From Somniosus microcephalus (lineage: Eukaryota), in NCBI GenBank assembly GCA_052327205.1, contig CM126203.1:22072001-22136000 (forward strand): a DNA stretch of 64,000 nucleotides. The letters are read 5' to 3'. Both the position numbers and the translations under genes were made by a program. How positions within the stretch are numbered: position 1 is the first letter of the stretch; every line of letters begins with the position of its first letter. Under the pieces are notes generated by a model. It was not told the origin of the DNA, searched no databases, and saw nothing but the letters and a program-made list of their open reading frames with translations. Shown here one piece after another: positions 62,182 through 64,000 of the stretch.

Positions 62182-63704
62182 GCCTCCGACTGCAAACTTG
62201 GCTTCTATTGCCCCTGGAGGTGATTGGAGCGCTAAATCAGGTGCTACACACCTCTCTTAAGGTGCTAATGCCGAGGAGCGAGGCGCTACCTCAGAGCGTT
62301 GGCGAAACTCATGTGATGTCAGTCAGCAATGGAACACAGACACACTGGCGCCAGCCAGTTCTTAAAGGGGAGGGTCGATCTTGTTCTCCATCCACACCCT
62401 GCTCATTGCAGCCTTGAATCTCGGCCTGGAGAGACCTGTAAATCAAATCTGCTGGAAAGAACAATGGAGAGGCCGAGGGAAAGAGCTCAGAGTGCAGCCC
62501 CCATAGTCTCTTCTAAATCGATGCAAGGAAGGTCAAATCAAAATGAACCTGCAAAGTGCTGCTCAGTACTCAAAGCTCCTTCACACCGCATTGAATCTCC
62601 CCAGAAGTCTCTCTCTCTCAGAATGTGTGGTGCAAAAATGTCGCCGACAAAAAAAGGCAGGAAGCGGTCGCCTTTAAATAGCGCTCCCCCAGTCCCTTCC
62701 CAACTGCAAAATGTTCCCCTCAACTTGTCGTTGCTAGCGGCAGGCGGAAAGGCAGGGGGCGCCACTCAGTATCCGGTCCGGGGCGCTACTGGGGTGTTGC
62801 ACGCTCGACTGATGTCACAATCTGCAGGCGCAGGAGATCGTGGTGGTACTGTTTAGTGCCGCCGCAAAATGTCTGGTCAATTTCGCGAGCGGCGCAAACA
62901 TCGCCGCGCCCGGGCGCTAGTTGCTTTGTAACCCATTAGCGCCCTCTTAGGGTGCTAATGGGAGGCGCAAAGCAACCAAATTTTTCCCCCCAAGGTCTTT
63001 TGACCCTGAGTCTAACACTCAACCGCTGAGTTACTCTACCTGGATTCTGTTTCACTCCTCAATACAAATAGCTATTCTGAGATCTGCAGTATGCAAAGGA
63101 AGATGAGCATGAAGTCCCCTGTTGCACCACTCTTTTGGTGCTGCTACACACCCAGTGAGGGCAGGTCTACTCATAAAACTTGCAAACTGTTCTTCATGGA
63201 GAAAGCTGGTTCCAATGTATGTAAAAACTAGGAGAATCTCTGCATTCTAGCTGTGCTTCTAAATGTATAAAGTTCTCAACTCATGCACAGAGAGTGATCA
63301 TAATATTCAATAAGCCTCACAGTGCAGAGAACTTTTCATCTTCTAGCTGTTGCAATCTCTTCCCAAAGAGAAAGTGGTAAGTTTTGTGCAAATACCATTG
63401 CAAAAATATTCATCTGTTTGTGTTGTAACTGTTTCAGAACTGCAGTAGCAGTTCCACATCAAAATATAAAGCATCACATGTGCCATCGGAGCATAGGAAT
63501 GAACAGGAGTGACATAAGAAAACTACTAGGCACTTGGTCTAAGCGTTAAACAAAGCTTTAATCAACTATTTTACAACATGGAGGTCTAGTTGTCCTTCAC
63601 TAGTTCCTGTTAAGAATGTCCTGCACAAGCTGGGCCCGTACCCGAGTATTTATACTCTCCCTGGACAGCGCCAGCCGCAGGCCGCTCAGATGATTCATGT
63701 CAAG

Positions 63705-63970
63705 GAGTACGCCATTTAGCCCCACAAGCCTGTTCCGTCATTTAAATAGATCACGGCTGATCAACAAACATTTACCCACCTTTGCTCCATATTCCTTGAT
63801 ATTCTTACTCAACAAAAATCTATCAATCTCAGTTTTGAACATTTCAACTAATCCAGCATCCACAGTCTTTTTGGAGATCAGGTTCTGTGTAAAGAATTGC
63901 TTCCTGATTTCACTCCGAAATGGCCTAGCTGTAATTTTGCGCTTATGCTCTCTTGTTCTGGATTCCCCAC
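63705..63970 (-). mobile_element. Decayed CR1 3' end
   Basis: Similar to 53670-53960. Confidence 0.7.
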
Positions 63971-64000
63971 CGCCCCCCCCCCCCCCACCCCCACCAGCAG

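Larger units (their letters stand above)
57221..62991. mobile_element. Harbinger-like MITE (about 0.9 kb) split by the LTR element
   Basis: TIR GGGGGGCAAAATTCGGT / ACCAAATTTTTCCCCCC; CAA or AAG 3-bp duplication; pieces 57221-57306 and 62182-62991. Confidence 0.7.

Noticed and set aside
63056-63227. Possible upstream exon of the minus-strand gene (FTYIGTSFLHEEQF..ICIE), phase-compatible with 56579
   Set aside because: Needs a weak donor (GA|GTGAAA) and has no homology support.

Overview
Vertebrate nuclear DNA, most likely a cartilaginous fish (inferred from the repeat content: abundant CR1 and L2 LINEs, Deu-domain SINEs of the SacSINE1/AmnSINE1 type, Penelope-type ends). It is mostly transposon-derived intronic and intergenic sequence with three N gaps. 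Host content, all on the minus strand: the last three coding exons of an unidentified gene (56579-53290, splice phases consistent) and a CpG/YY1/CCAAT promoter with candidate first exons at about 37.6-38.1 kb. About 5 kb (38.5-43.4 kb vs 43.9-48.9 kb) is duplicated across a 500-N gap and is probably an assembly artefact. The standout is a young non-autonomous Gypsy-type LTR element (57307-62181; 254-bp LTRs with 2 mismatches, GCCTC target-site duplication, PBS and PPT intact). It keeps gag and protease, but RT, RNase H and the integrase core are replaced by an intronless, sense-strand mosaic resembling pieces of four host genes: STK10/SLK, ANKRD24 (two pieces in permuted order), OPTN and DNAJC21. 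One stop and two 1-nt deletions separate this from a single ~970-aa Gag-Pro-cargo ORF. There is also a Harbinger derivative that kept its spliced Myb/SANT gene but lost the transposase. All homology calls come from my recall of these protein and repeat families, not from a database search, and need BLAST confirmation. Edges of decayed repeats are approximate.
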